Source of the DNA: a virus
Lineage: Duplodnaviria > Caudoviricetes
IMG/VR virus record: IMGVR_UViG_3300032030_004230
Reading direction: 5' to 3' (one strand)
DNA: 64,000 nt
Within the stretch, counting starts at the first letter, position 1. Each line of letters starts with the position of its first letter. Below the pieces are notes generated by a model. It searched no databases and was not told where the DNA came from. It saw only the letters and a program-made list of their open reading frames with translations. The translations under genes and the position numbers were made by a program. Of this stretch, positions 18,901-28,015 are shown piece after piece.

Positions 18901-21170
18901 TGACCATCAACAGTCGAAGGAAAATACGGATATTCTTGATTGCCAACTCTTGATCCACCTTCCCATGAAAGCTCTATTGTCTTATAATGTGTTACAGAGA
19001 ATGTCGCTTTTGCATCTACATCTGTGTGAATGCCTTTCTCTAAAAGATTTTTTCCAAGAGCAAAAGACCTCTCAAAATTTCTTGGGCCTATGTCTGAGAA
19101 GTTTTCAAATCCTGAGTTACCAGAAGACCACTTCTCTACTCCTGAGAAGAACGGATAAGAGAATCTTGCAGGGTCATTAGACTTGAACACCCTTGCTTTT
19201 GTCTCTATTTCTGGATCTGGATTTTTAAGCAATGATATGCGAGGCACATTTCTCAAGAAAGGATTATTCTCTTCATAGTATGCTTGAACTGTAAAAGGAG
19301 AGTGATATGGAGAATGCGGACCTCCATACAAAACTGGATTTCTCTGAGGAATGCCCAAGCCGGGCGCACAGTCTGCATCTTCTGAAGAAGCGCCCAAAAA
19401 CTTCTCTGTAACTGAATCTGCAGTAGCCAAACTTATGTTGTTCAAATCAGCTTCTTCATTATTTGAATTTGCTGCAGGAGAAGTGTTTCCAGACACATTG
19501 TTTACAGCTGAGATTGCAGCACCAGTCTTAGAAGACTTTGATGGCAGAAGCTTTAGAGTTGCATCAAAGTAAGACATCTCTACAGAACTTCCTGGACTCA
19601 TTCCTTGAGAAGAATTGCTAACAGCTTCTTGATCAGAACCAAAAGTTCTAAAATTAAAAGAGTCTGAAAGAATGTCTTCACTGCTCAGTGCTATGCCATA
19701 CACATCACTAAGAACATTGTCAAGCAATGTCTGAGTCTTCATATAGCCATTTGCAGCATTCAAATGACTTACATCTACAGAACTGATGCTATCTTCTGGA
19801 GTAGAGTAAAGCGCTTTATAGTAGTCAAGTCTCCACTCTCTCCACCCAGATGTAGCTGCACCAACAAAATCATCGTATTGAAGTCTTGCTAAAGCAGTCC
19901 AGTTTTTGCTTAAGCCAGACTGACTTTCACGAAGATAAATCTCTTTATAAAAAGTAGGGATAAGAACGCCTGGCTTTTCATCACTTCTTGCATCAGCAGC
20001 TTGATACCACTCTGGATACGACATCCAATAAGGAGAAAGCATGTATAAGCCAGGTGACCATCTTAAGAAAGGTGTCAAGTACTGCTTACTTACTGCTGCA
20101 TTTACTACACCGTATGCATAAGCAGATGATTTTTCTTGACCAGGCAATATGTGGTCATCACCCACTCTATGTACAAGCGATATGTACTGGAGAGCTCCAC
20201 TCACTGTATTGTCATTATTTAAGCCCTCTTGGAAATACTGAGACAAGTCCCATTCAGTCAAGTATGTCGAGCAGATTCCTGTAACTTTCTCAAGCATCCA
20301 CTGAAAGAATGCAATGTTATCATTTACAGATTTGAAAGACGGAGTTCTATATGTAAAGCCTCCACGGAAATTGTACATTTTAGAGAGTTCTACTTTAGCA
20401 CCTGTTCCTACATAAGTGCCACTTTTCAACTGCTCTGCAAATGCTGCCCACTCTCCTAGAGTAGCTACTTTCTCATTATTTGTAAAGTACGGTGGGAAAA
20501 ATAGATTTGCATACAAGTCTTTGTCTTTCTTAATAGAATTTACTGCACTAGAAGAGTAGTATTCAACATCAAAAGCTTGCATGAAGTTTGATCTAGTGTA
20601 GATTCTACCGTATGCATCAGTCTGTAATGTGACAGGAAGAGTATAATTTTTAGAAGCAGTCTCAGCATCATCTATCACATCTTCATAGACTACATTTCCT
20701 TTCTCGTCTTTCATGATTTCGCCAGTGTAAGGGTCTTTTTTAGCGACTTTTTTCATACCTGCACCAGTTGAGTGCCAGCTATCAAGAACACCCGTTACTG
20801 TACCAAGACGATACTTAGCATCAAAGCTAGAGCCCATGTATTGTGTATAAAATTGCTGAACAAGAGAAAGAGTAGCCTCTTTTGTGACATTCTTTATATA
20901 AGAAGCGACTTTCTTATTCTCTGCAAGAGTTTTCATTTCTTCTGAAGGATTCACTAAACCGTCAGATTCTAGTCTTGCAGTCTCTGATATTGTTTGATTT
21001 ATGTACTCAGACAAGTTTACATGTTGCATAGCAGAACGAGCATTAGATGGAGCGTCTGCTATGATTTTCTTTATGCTGTCCTGAGACATATTGTACATTT
21101 GAAGTCTCGATTTTAGTGCATTTTCTACACTGCTTCCATAAAGAAATTTATGAAGGTCTGTTTCTACCAT
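15963..21170 (-). CDS. Very large hypothetical protein (1735 aa), probable virion component
   Basis: Long ORF; co-transcribed below an ACTAATT motif like the structural genes; no recognised catalytic motif. Confidence 0.6.
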   Translation of the reverse strand: MVETDLHKFLYGSSVENALKSRLQMYNMSQDSIKKIIADAPSNARSAMQHVNLSEYINQTISETARLESDGLVNPSEEMKTLAENKKVASYIKNVTKEATLSLVQQFYTQYMGSSFDAKYRLGTVTGVLDSWHSTGAGMKKVAKKDPYTGEIMKDEKGNVVYEDVIDDAETASKNYTLPVTLQTDAYGRIYTRSNFMQAFDVEYYSSSAVNSIKKDKDLYANLFFPPYFTNNEKVATLGEWAAFAEQLKSGTYVGTGAKVELSKMYNFRGGFTYRTPSFKSVNDNIAFFQWMLEKVTGICSTYLTEWDLSQYFQEGLNNDNTVSGALQYISLVHRVGDDHILPGQEKSSAYAYGVVNAAVSKQYLTPFLRWSPGLYMLSPYWMSYPEWYQAADARSDEKPGVLIPTFYKEIYLRESQSGLSKNWTALARLQYDDFVGAATSGWREWRLDYYKALYSTPEDSISSVDVSHLNAANGYMKTQTLLDNVLSDVYGIALSSEDILSDSFNFRTFGSDQEAVSNSSQGMSPGSSVEMSYFDATLKLLPSKSSKTGAAISAVNNVSGNTSPAANSNNEEADLNNISLATADSVTEKFLGASSEDADCAPGLGIPQRNPVLYGGPHSPYHSPFTVQAYYEENNPFLRNVPRISLLKNPDPEIETKARVFKSNDPARFSYPFFSGVEKWSSGNSGFENFSDIGPRNFERSFALGKNLLEKGIHTDVDAKATFSVTHYKTIELSWEGGSRVGNQEYPYFPSTVDGHSVSYIKKTIYTITNREKSGLFGVIIQSIESHEINDYWCESKSPQEISKKEYDKLQRSSIKGYNIYTFGGKYYKAESHAYATCFWTTTEERTYKRPIMHDMPRSKWRICQIQTDTAQVTVERDPTGWLSHFFTWWWGFSYRYILSIVSTQEKWKLEFPTSSVQRVKTVPSVGYPDFVFLHTTEEQDFLKKVVNFSGNGENSKAIFLGCDWSKEGDRYSKGPQYIFRAPVKHETFSFVYYYWQEHSEKHRCHRDYWYTRESAVGQDDIISVDIVNADYVLSAPQNGMWNNIYAKGNDLSTWQVSGEKGTDYTSDLTSRVKEYAQSTSFAVGETTQESIRSFEGIGVLSHIQGLSPDAIDYPLLDEYTKQQLTVESHNLRGQDFAISRLPYKYCTLVEDRNSYESEYKDDAKFETILDHGAPRYNEESWDAGLRKAWTEICTSATFYTDNSFKDASTKPGANESFVPYYHISADAPIRFFFNCAVQQRSYLSIIMQLLGFIGEKETMQRVLSFDAIGKMIRGANGEAGIVSNKVLYLADPDQEKMIDPENAAKGTVIYKKKVFQYNQWINEALKIFTLDKEKNETNRRTVEDAIHERYMNLTEAINIVKNILSLPVQSWSTGQYFRVVETMNKCYKDSLNDDLIERFLLAYLNVLYEYRRFFINKRFNKQDGTLWLARHLESLLPMATWGSTTKAPAENPTQAYVDPELPVAFYEVDQTVATRLEAAKNGETVEDRIMYVYVPVEYGTKAQYEQGLKDFEEGRIDQLPYVKVLPWTHKRDKKTGLFLFDANGVVKEYASEYKYARKPKNRKYRLESKEFLKNLAAKNFNKNEPDETKHKSVDYEMDEAIWENIRFGLPDSSLTDEIGETDIIFDVYQSVNLSAAKELVDEGLTDPTSLICASKETADYWKIELPAMKPKASGYKTAVKLEPYSETATEVQKEEMEKAINGIMSNTLYPIVEDSPCIMPSEPEFSQIIGTTL

Positions 21171-21174
21171 TTTA

Positions 21175-22680
21175 TTACAAGACTCCTTTTATTGTTGCAC
21201 CAGCAGCTGTAGCATCAGTAAGTGCTGCAGTTTCTTTGCTAGAAGATGAGAATATCGCTGCAATAGAAGTTCCTGCTGCAGCTGCTGCTTTACCTGCATT
21301 TTTAAAAGCATCTACAAGAGCATCTACTTCTTGAGCTGCTCCGCCTCTTACAAGAGAGTTTATTTCATTTACAAGATGTTTTCCATCATTTGGAAGTAAG
21401 TTCATCCACTTATCTTTATCCAAGAAGATGTCATCAAGATTCTCAATGACTTCATTCATCTGATCTTTAAGCTGCTCGGGGTATTTGCTTATGTTTTCTT
21501 TGAAAGTCTGCTTTGCTTTTTTGATTGCTTGAGCTGTTTTCTTTGTTTCATCAGCAACGCCTTTCACAGTAAAACTCATTTGCTGGCCTACACCTGCAAT
21601 TTGTTTCAAGTCTGAGAATGCTTCTCTTACAGCATCAAGAACAGATTGAGCTTGACTTGTAAGACAGTCTAAATGAAGCATATCCCATACAGAAGCAATA
21701 AGTTTGCCCAATAATTGAAACAAGATCGCTGCGACCTTTTCAAGAGCCAGCTGAACTGCTTCACCTGCAGCCGGCGGATCAACCCAACATGATGCAGCTC
21801 TAGCTACGATCTTTATCATAGGAACTGCTATTGCAAGAGTTCTTAAAAGCGCTTTTCTTAAAGACTTTACAGTTTTCAAGACTGACAAAAGAATCTTTAA
21901 GAAAGAAAGCTCTGCCAAAGCACATTGATACAAATCTCTTCGCTTGTCATCAGCATCTTTTCTGTTTAGCCTAGGATCTCCAGCAGCATCTGTGCCTGCT
22001 GTTGATGAAGCATTATTTCCGCTATTGTTGCTTCCGTTGCTGCTCTCATTACTACTACTTGAGCTACTGCTGCTTGAGCTGTCAGATGCATCAAAAATAC
22101 CCTCTGTATTCAAATCGCTATTGCCATTTGCAGCTTTTGTCTTCTCCATAACAGTCTCGTAGTCTAAATCTTCACAATCAAGCTGAAATGTAAGAATTGA
22201 CTCTAGACTTTTAAGAGGATTGTCATTATTTTCATTTTTCGAAGGGACATTATCATCTGAGGGCGGAGTACCTTCTGAATGAATATATGGAATAAGAGAC
22301 ACGATAAAAGAGTCTATCTCTCGTTCTAATGCTGATATTGGGTCTGGGTCTGCGTCAGGAAATACAACTGGATTGTCTATTCCATTAATGATACTTGTAC
22401 TCTCTGGGGTTCCTTTATTCTCACCTGCACCATACGAATAAGATGTAAAGGTATTCTCTTCTTTTTTGTATACAGCTCTGTTCTCTGCTTCAGTATCAGC
22501 TTTAATTTTTTCAAATCTAGCTTTTATGGCATCAAAGATTTTCTGATCTTCATCAATAGAGTCTTCAATTGCATGCATCTCAATTTCTCGTCTTGGGTTC
22601 AAGTCTGAATCACCGTATGAGAAGTCTGTGCTCAAATATTTGTCATATACTTTTTCTAGAAAAAGATTCTTATCTGCCAT
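21175..22680 (-). CDS. Hypothetical protein, probable virion component
   Basis: 501 aa with Ser/Asn linker and helical C-terminal half; ACTAATT motif 8 nt upstream of ATG. Confidence 0.55.
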   Translation of the reverse strand: MADKNLFLEKVYDKYLSTDFSYGDSDLNPRREIEMHAIEDSIDEDQKIFDAIKARFEKIKADTEAENRAVYKKEENTFTSYSYGAGENKGTPESTSIINGIDNPVVFPDADPDPISALEREIDSFIVSLIPYIHSEGTPPSDDNVPSKNENNDNPLKSLESILTFQLDCEDLDYETVMEKTKAANGNSDLNTEGIFDASDSSSSSSSSSSNESSNGSNNSGNNASSTAGTDAAGDPRLNRKDADDKRRDLYQCALAELSFLKILLSVLKTVKSLRKALLRTLAIAVPMIKIVARAASCWVDPPAAGEAVQLALEKVAAILFQLLGKLIASVWDMLHLDCLTSQAQSVLDAVREAFSDLKQIAGVGQQMSFTVKGVADETKKTAQAIKKAKQTFKENISKYPEQLKDQMNEVIENLDDIFLDKDKWMNLLPNDGKHLVNEINSLVRGGAAQEVDALVDAFKNAGKAAAAAGTSIAAIFSSSSKETAALTDATAAGATIKGVL

Positions 22681-22774
22681 TGTTAAGAAATTAGTTTTTA
22701 AAGCATATTTTCAAGAATCTATTAAATTTAAATTAATTAATAATCAGCGACTAACCAGCCAATGCGAGTCGTCT

Positions 22775-22794
22775 CCATTAATAGTTGACGAATT
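22775..22794 (+). repeat. Dispersed intergenic repeat, copy 1 (CCATTAATAGTTGACGAATT)
   Basis: 20 of the 22 core bases contiguous; preceded by TTAA-rich tract, followed by TGTTACCTATGGTTAACA. Confidence 0.9.
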
Positions 22795-22861
22795 GGTAAT
22801 ACATGGTTAACAGTTGTTACCTATGGTTAACAGTCTAAAGCAAGGTTAATTTTATTTCTGT

Positions 22862-23425
22862 ATGATTACATTAATTTGTGGCCCAATGTACAGTGGCAAG
22901 TCTACAGCTTTGTTTCAAAGAATGGAACGTCTTCTTTATGCTGGAAAAAAAGTTCTTTTAATTCGTCCAAAGAAAGACAATAGAGGCTATTTCACACATA
23001 GTGAAGGAATCGATATTAGAGCTGTAAAAGGAAAATTTGATGAGCAACTTACGATTGAAGAATTAGAAGAAATTCCTGTGAGATATACCTGCAAGAACAA
23101 GTACGATGCGATATTTGTTGATGAGTACTTTATGATTCCTGGTGCTCATCATCTTTGCTATCAAGCTGACATTGATGTTTATTTTGGCGGTCTGTTAGCT
23201 TCATCTGAGTGTGAGCTATTCGAAGAAACAATTAAAATCTTGCCATTTTGTGACAAAATCAAAAAGCTTAGCGCTGTTTGCATGGATTGCAAATGTGAGA
23301 ATGCAAGCTATTCTTATGCTGACTTCAACAAAACTTCTACAATTGATGTTGGAGACACAAAATACTTATGTTTGTGTCATAAATGCTACATTAAGCGACA
23401 ACGAATCAAAAACGCAAAAAATTAA
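22862..23425 (+). CDS. tdk: Thymidine kinase
   Basis: GPMYSGKST, IFVDE, C..C and CLCHKC zinc lasso. Confidence 0.92.
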   Translation: MITLICGPMYSGKSTALFQRMERLLYAGKKVLLIRPKKDNRGYFTHSEGIDIRAVKGKFDEQLTIEELEEIPVRYTCKNKYDAIFVDEYFMIPGAHHLCYQADIDVYFGGLLASSECELFEETIKILPFCDKIKKLSAVCMDCKCENASYSYADFNKTSTIDVGDTKYLCLCHKCYIKRQRIKNAKN

Positions 23426-23440
23426 AAATGCATAAAAATA

Positions 23441-23459
23441 GCCGCTCATTAAGAGCGGC
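23441..23459. terminator. Bidirectional intrinsic terminator
   Basis: GCCGCTC-ATTAA-GAGCGGC between convergent genes; identical 19-mer at 45753-45771. Confidence 0.8.
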
Positions 23460-23489
23460 TTTTATTTTATCTCTTAGCGGAGATTAACA

Positions 23490-24389
23490 TTAGGCTTTGA
23501 TATATTTTTCACCAAGAATGTCCTGAACAAACTTTGTAAATTCTCTTGCGTAGTGGTCAAAATCTGTTCCAAGCTCTTCTTCAGTTGTAGCGTCGCGAAG
23601 GGTATTATTCATATCTTCAACAGCATCTTCAAAGCTCTCAAAAGGCTCTACCTCACCACTTGACCACAAGTCTATTTCCCAGTGATTTCCTACGCTGTCT
23701 TCAACATGGCAGGGATTTTCTTTGTCATCGACTTTGAAGCCATAGATGTTATGAAACTTACCCTCTCTCAAAGGCTTTTTGTCTTCTGGCTTTTTGTTTG
23801 ATTCCTCAAGAGCTCTGCTGACCATGTCTGTCAGATCGAAGTCTTCGTCCCTGTCTTTAAGATTCTCAGGCACATACTGCGGATCTACTTCATCAATAAA
23901 GTCTTCAACAAACTTAATTGCTTTTGCAGTAGGATAATAAGTATTCTTTGTTGTTGCACGAATAAATCCGTCTGCATTCAAAGCAGAGAAGTATGTGTTC
24001 ATATAGCCTGCAGCATCAGACACATGGACCATTCCAGCAGCATCTCTCGAAGCCTGCCAATTTCTGTATGTAGGTGAGTTTTTGTCTCTTGCAAGCTTTG
24101 CAGCTGTGTGAGAATCTAGAAGCATTTTGTCTTCAGGGTAGACTTTCTTGAGAATTTCTTTTCTTGTAAGACCAGGGTTTGCAACAATTTCCATCAAGAA
24201 CTGGAAATATCTTGCAGGCTTTCCATGACTTACAGGCTGCTTATAGTTCATTCCCCGAGACCTCATTGAAGCATAAGTGAGATTACCATCTCGATCTTTT
24301 GCGTTTCTATGACTGTAATATCCGTCACAATTTGCGATAGGATCTCTGAATACGACGTCCTTTACAATTTTCTTTGGATCAAATTCCAT
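23490..24389 (-). CDS. Hypothetical protein, possible winged-helix region
   Basis: 299-aa ORF, AGGAG RBS; NPGLTRKEI..L..GFI..YYPT.KA resembles a winged helix; LEES/LREG motifs. Confidence 0.6.
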   Translation of the reverse strand: MEFDPKKIVKDVVFRDPIANCDGYYSHRNAKDRDGNLTYASMRSRGMNYKQPVSHGKPARYFQFLMEIVANPGLTRKEILKKVYPEDKMLLDSHTAAKLARDKNSPTYRNWQASRDAAGMVHVSDAAGYMNTYFSALNADGFIRATTKNTYYPTAKAIKFVEDFIDEVDPQYVPENLKDRDEDFDLTDMVSRALEESNKKPEDKKPLREGKFHNIYGFKVDDKENPCHVEDSVGNHWEIDLWSSGEVEPFESFEDAVEDMNNTLRDATTEEELGTDFDHYAREFTKFVQDILGEKYIKA

Positions 24390-24458
24390 TTGCAGTGGCT
24401 CCTTATCTGTTTTTTGTCATTATAACAGAAATAATATAATAAAAGTTAGTATAAGATT

Positions 24459-24499
24459 TAAAAAAAAAATACTCTCTACTGAAGTTTCTCAATAGAGAG
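24459..24499 (-). terminator. Intrinsic terminator
   Basis: CTCTCTA/TAGAGAG stem followed by a long U-run on the minus strand. Confidence 0.65.
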
Positions 24500-24658
24500 C
24501 TAAAAAAGCAAGTGAAGGATGCTCTGAGAGCTCTTTGCCACAAGTGCTGGAACGGTATAACCATTTCACCTTCACCAGAAACCGTTTTTTATTTGCACGT
24601 CCGAGACGGCTACAGTGGCTATTGCTCACTCTAATAAAGTGGCTCACACTGCATTTTG
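24500..24658 (-). ncRNA. Candidate structured RNA in a 3' intergenic region
   Basis: GC-richer non-coding stretch with stems CAGTG/CACTG, AACGGT/ACCGTT and crossing pair GTGAAGG/CCTTCAC. Confidence 0.35.
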
Positions 24659-24659
24659 C

Positions 24660-25394
24660 TTATTTAGAGTATCTGACCTTGAACCATGAGCGAATAATTC
24701 GCTCTTCATTCTTCATAAGCCAATGTGTAAGTTCTTCTTCAGTTTTGAAGGTATGAGGAATGAGTCCTCTATGAAACAGAAATTCCATCAAGTCTCTATC
24801 GAATTTAGCTTGAACGAACTTCCATTTGTTCAGTCTCCATACTCTTACATTAACAGCTTCAGACGGAATTTCTCCAACATAAGGATAGTGGTCAAAGACT
24901 TTCTTTTCTTTTCTATACTGCAACTCTGAGTGTGTATTGTATATGCAACGCTGAACTCCAGCTTCTGTATCAAACACCAAATCAAGTGTAGTGACAAGTC
25001 TTTCTCCATCTGGAACATTATAAGATGCTATCCATTCTTGATGGATATTGTTAGCAGCTGCATCACGCCACTTGCAATACTTATCCCATGCAAAGTCTTC
25101 ATTTTGCTGACAGCGCCATCTTCTATAATCTTCCTTAGCAAAAACTGCTTTATTGAAGTCCTTTCGAAGAGTAATGAAATCGTTTGCAAAAGTTCCTGCA
25201 CAACCGTCTGAAGGCCAGCTCCATTGGTCAGCCATGTAAATGCTTCTGTCAATGTTTGCAGTAATAATATCATCGAAACGCTCTTCTTTCAAAAGTCGTT
25301 TCATCTTTCTTCTAGAAAGACGATGATAAATTGTTCTGCATTCTTTGTCACCTCTGCTGTGAGAAGTGAAGCCTCTCTTGTAAGTTCTACTCAT
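24660..25394 (-). CDS. Hypothetical protein with basic MSRxxK N-terminus
   Basis: 244 aa, AGGAG RBS; N-terminus resembles 57417..57746. Confidence 0.7.
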   Translation of the reverse strand: MSRTYKRGFTSHSRGDKECRTIYHRLSRRKMKRLLKEERFDDIITANIDRSIYMADQWSWPSDGCAGTFANDFITLRKDFNKAVFAKEDYRRWRCQQNEDFAWDKYCKWRDAAANNIHQEWIASYNVPDGERLVTTLDLVFDTEAGVQRCIYNTHSELQYRKEKKVFDHYPYVGEIPSEAVNVRVWRLNKWKFVQAKFDRDLMEFLFHRGLIPHTFKTEEELTHWLMKNEERIIRSWFKVRYSK

Positions 25395-25412
25395 GTTTTA
25401 AGTTCTCCTAAC

Positions 25413-25436
25413 CTAAAACACTGCAAATCTCCTCAT
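25413..25436 (-). CDS. Putative leader micro-ORF MRRFAVF*
   Basis: GAGGAG RBS, then ATG AGG AGA TTT GCA GTG TTT TAG; stop lies just upstream of the next gene's AGGAG. Confidence 0.45.
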   Translation of the reverse strand: MRRFAVF

Positions 25437-25459
25437 ATGAAAGTCTCCTCTTTAAAAAG

Positions 25460-25825
25460 CTAGTTCAACTCTGACTCGTATTTCTTCTGCTGCATCAGAT
25501 AGCCTTCAACTTCCCATACTTTATCGATTGCATGAGAGAAAGAAATCTTCTGGCCAATCTCTAGCACAAAGTTTTTAGGATCTACAACAGCACTTTCTCC
25601 ACGAACTGTAAATCCGTTTGCAAGAATGACTTCACAAATAACTGCTTTGCCTGACGGCATTACAGTAAAAGTAACATTTTTCACTTTGCTGACTATGTCT
25701 TGCTCAGTGAGTCTGAAAGGCGAAACTTTACCTTTTGCAGGAATTTCAATCTCTGCTTTTCCCTCAGCTACTGCTGTATAGCTTACAACACCGTTAGCGT
25801 CTACTGATTCTTTGAATTCAATCAT
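25460..25825 (-). CDS. Phage gp49/gp66 family protein
   Basis: ICEVILANGFTVRGESAVVDPKNF..IG..AIDKVWEVEGY is the family signature. Confidence 0.8.
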   Translation of the reverse strand: MIEFKESVDANGVVSYTAVAEGKAEIEIPAKGKVSPFRLTEQDIVSKVKNVTFTVMPSGKAVICEVILANGFTVRGESAVVDPKNFVLEIGQKISFSHAIDKVWEVEGYLMQQKKYESELN

Positions 25826-26112
25826 TCTACAATCTCCATTTTGACTTCTTTGACTTCCCAATCGATATGAGCATTGACATCTTCAAACTTTAGCGCATTG
25901 TCAGCATGATTTTCATTAAGTGACTTTGCAGCAGCATACCAATCTTCATACTCTTGGATAGTCTTTTCAGCTTTTTTCTTGCTCTTTGCAAAAGTTGCAT
26001 GAGCAGGATTTTCTACATACTCTTGCGATTTGTTATAGTAGACTACTGTACCGTTCCATAGTCTACCACGAATAATCCACTGACTTCCAATCTCAGTTAC
26101 AATCAATCCCAA
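25822..26112 (-). CDS. Hypothetical protein
   Basis: Packed operon ORF; start uncertain. Confidence 0.6.
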   Translation of the reverse strand: MGLIVTEIGSQWIIRGRLWNGTVVYYNKSQEYVENPAHATFAKSKKKAEKTIQEYEDWYAAAKSLNENHADNALKFEDVNAHIDWEVKEVKMEIVE

Positions 26113-26465
26113 TACATCTCCATATAATCGCTAGTGTTCAAATGCACTGAAGCAGATCCACCGTAATTTGGACTCGTGAACCACATATTGCCAGTTTTCG
26201 GATTTACATGCAGTCTTTTTGTGTAAGTGCGAACTTCTCCATTGTAGTCTTTTACATAGATAAAAGAGCCATCAGCATTTCTCTTCAACTTAGCCCAACG
26301 ATGAACCGGATCACTTTCTTCTTCACCAACTGGTGCTGGGCAGGTAGTCCAATCAATTTCTCTAAGAATGACCGACTTCGGAGTAGTTCGAACTACTTCA
26401 TAAAAATCTGCCATGCCATTCCAAGAGCAACGGAATACCATTCCAGGAAGAATCTGATTAACCAT
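26103..26465 (-). CDS. Hypothetical protein
   Basis: AGGAGG RBS before MVNQILPG; SW..DFYEVV..TPKSV pattern common in phage early proteins. Confidence 0.7.
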   Translation of the reverse strand: MVNQILPGMVFRCSWNGMADFYEVVRTTPKSVILREIDWTTCPAPVGEEESDPVHRWAKLKRNADGSFIYVKDYNGEVRTYTKRLHVNPKTGNMWFTSPNYGGSASVHLNTSDYMEMYWD

Positions 26466-26658
26466 AGATAGCCTCCTGACAAGTTGGACAAATACCAGTG
26501 ATAAAAAATTCTCTCCATTCTGGAGAAACATCAGGCGCTACATCTTGAATGCACTCAGTACCACGATTAACCATGCGAGATATCTGATTTTCTGTAAGTG
26601 GAAGCAAAACGTGCTTTTTGCAAATTCGACAGTCCATGTACTGTTTGAAGCTTTCCAT
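26458..26658 (-). CDS. Small zinc-finger-like protein
   Basis: CRIC...REFFITGICPTC; GGAGG RBS. Confidence 0.7.
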   Translation of the reverse strand: MESFKQYMDCRICKKHVLLPLTENQISRMVNRGTECIQDVAPDVSPEWREFFITGICPTCQEAIYG

Positions 26659-26724
26659 AATTATCAACCTCCAGTAATGAAAGATGATAATAATATAATA
26701 GATCTTCTCACACTTTTTCTGAAG

Positions 26725-27333
26725 CTAGCAAATTCTTACAATGTTGAGTGGCTCAGGCTTAGGAAACTCTACTTTATCATAAATAGCAAGAAGTCCACAA
26801 GCACAAATCCCCATAGCATGAGACATTACGTCTTTGAGCGGATCCAAGTCATCTTTATTTGTGATGAATACTTCACAGTCTTCATTTTCATCAAGCTTTT
26901 GAGCATGTCTCTTATTGAAAACATCTTCAAGATTGCTAATTTCTGTATAGAAAATTGTCATTGTATTGTTGAAGTATGCAGGGTTTGGATTGAATGACGT
27001 ATGCAAAACTTCAATATCACTCTTATCAACAACGATGCCTGTTTCCTCTTCTACTTCACGAATTGCTGCATTTGCAAGCGCACCATTAAGACCATACTCT
27101 TTAATCTCATCATCGTCTACTGTACCACAAGGGAACTCAATAGTTTTGTCTTCTAAGCCCCAGCGAGTTTGCTTTACAAGAACAAACTGATTTGTCTTTG
27201 GGTCTTTAATTACGACCATGACCCAGTCATTGCAATTAAGACCAACAGGTTTAAAAGAAGTGTTTTCAAATTCTTTTTCTACTACAGTAAATACTGGTGT
27301 CTTTAGCAAAGTTTTCTCAGCAATTTTCTCCAT
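26725..27333 (-). CDS. NUDIX hydrolase (ADP-ribose pyrophosphatase-like)
   Basis: EFPCG...AAIREVEEETG Nudix box; LDENE. Confidence 0.9.
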   Translation of the reverse strand: MEKIAEKTLLKTPVFTVVEKEFENTSFKPVGLNCNDWVMVVIKDPKTNQFVLVKQTRWGLEDKTIEFPCGTVDDDEIKEYGLNGALANAAIREVEEETGIVVDKSDIEVLHTSFNPNPAYFNNTMTIFYTEISNLEDVFNKRHAQKLDENEDCEVFITNKDDLDPLKDVMSHAMGICACGLLAIYDKVEFPKPEPLNIVRIC

Positions 27334-27439
27334 ATACAGAAACTCCTTAAAAAGGAAATTAACTTTAAATCTTTAAATTAATAATTAATTAATAATTAAT
27401 AATCAACGACCATTCCCCCCCTACTATTGCGCTGGAGCC

Positions 27440-27461
27440 CCATTAATAGTTGACGAATTCG
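27440..27461 (+). repeat. Dispersed intergenic repeat, copy 2
   Basis: CCATTAATAGTTGACGAATTCG exact; TTAA-rich tract upstream. Confidence 0.9.
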
Positions 27462-27570
27462 TATATTATAAATTTGTATATATAAATTTCTCATGTATAA
27501 TATACAAATGTATATATGTTTTATGCATAAAAAATCCCTCTATAAAAGAGGGACCGTTCAAGATCAATAC

Positions 27571-27978
27571 TTAGTAAAGCACAGTTTCAAAGAAGTCTTT
27601 TACTTTGCCGTCTCTATCACCATAGTTTACAACAACTCTTAAGCCAAGAAATTGCTGTTTCTCTTCTTCTTCAAAAAATTCATCGATTTCATCTGGCAGA
27701 AGAGCATCAAAGAAGTATGACAAAGCGTCTTCAAGAGTGTCTTGGTCTCTTTCTTGTGATTCATAATCAACCCTTACAAGAGGTCCGTCTGCATCAGCAG
27801 TTACAGTGCAATTCATGTATTTTGGACGAATTAGATAGTCTCTGTCACTGTTGAATTCTTCAAGGAGAATTCCTGGATTGACTGGTTCGTTCCTAGAATT
27901 CATGCATTCATAGGAAAAGCATCTGTCAAGCTCTCTGTCTATAAAGTCTTTAAGCTTTTTACTGAGTTCTTCTGTCAT
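27571..27978 (-). CDS. Acidic hypothetical protein
   Basis: 135 aa, GGAG RBS, ACTAATT motif upstream. Confidence 0.7.
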   Translation of the reverse strand: MTEELSKKLKDFIDRELDRCFSYECMNSRNEPVNPGILLEEFNSDRDYLIRPKYMNCTVTADADGPLVRVDYESQERDQDTLEDALSYFFDALLPDEIDEFFEEEEKQQFLGLRVVVNYGDRDGKVKDFFETVLY

Positions 27979-28015
27979 TTGTAAGCTCCATTTTGTGAAT
28001 TTATTTATAAAGAAA

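Noticed and set aside
21990-22090. Low-complexity repeat-like tracts here and at ~37140-37230
   Set aside because: They encode Ser/Asn- and Gln-rich linkers and are not independent DNA repeats.
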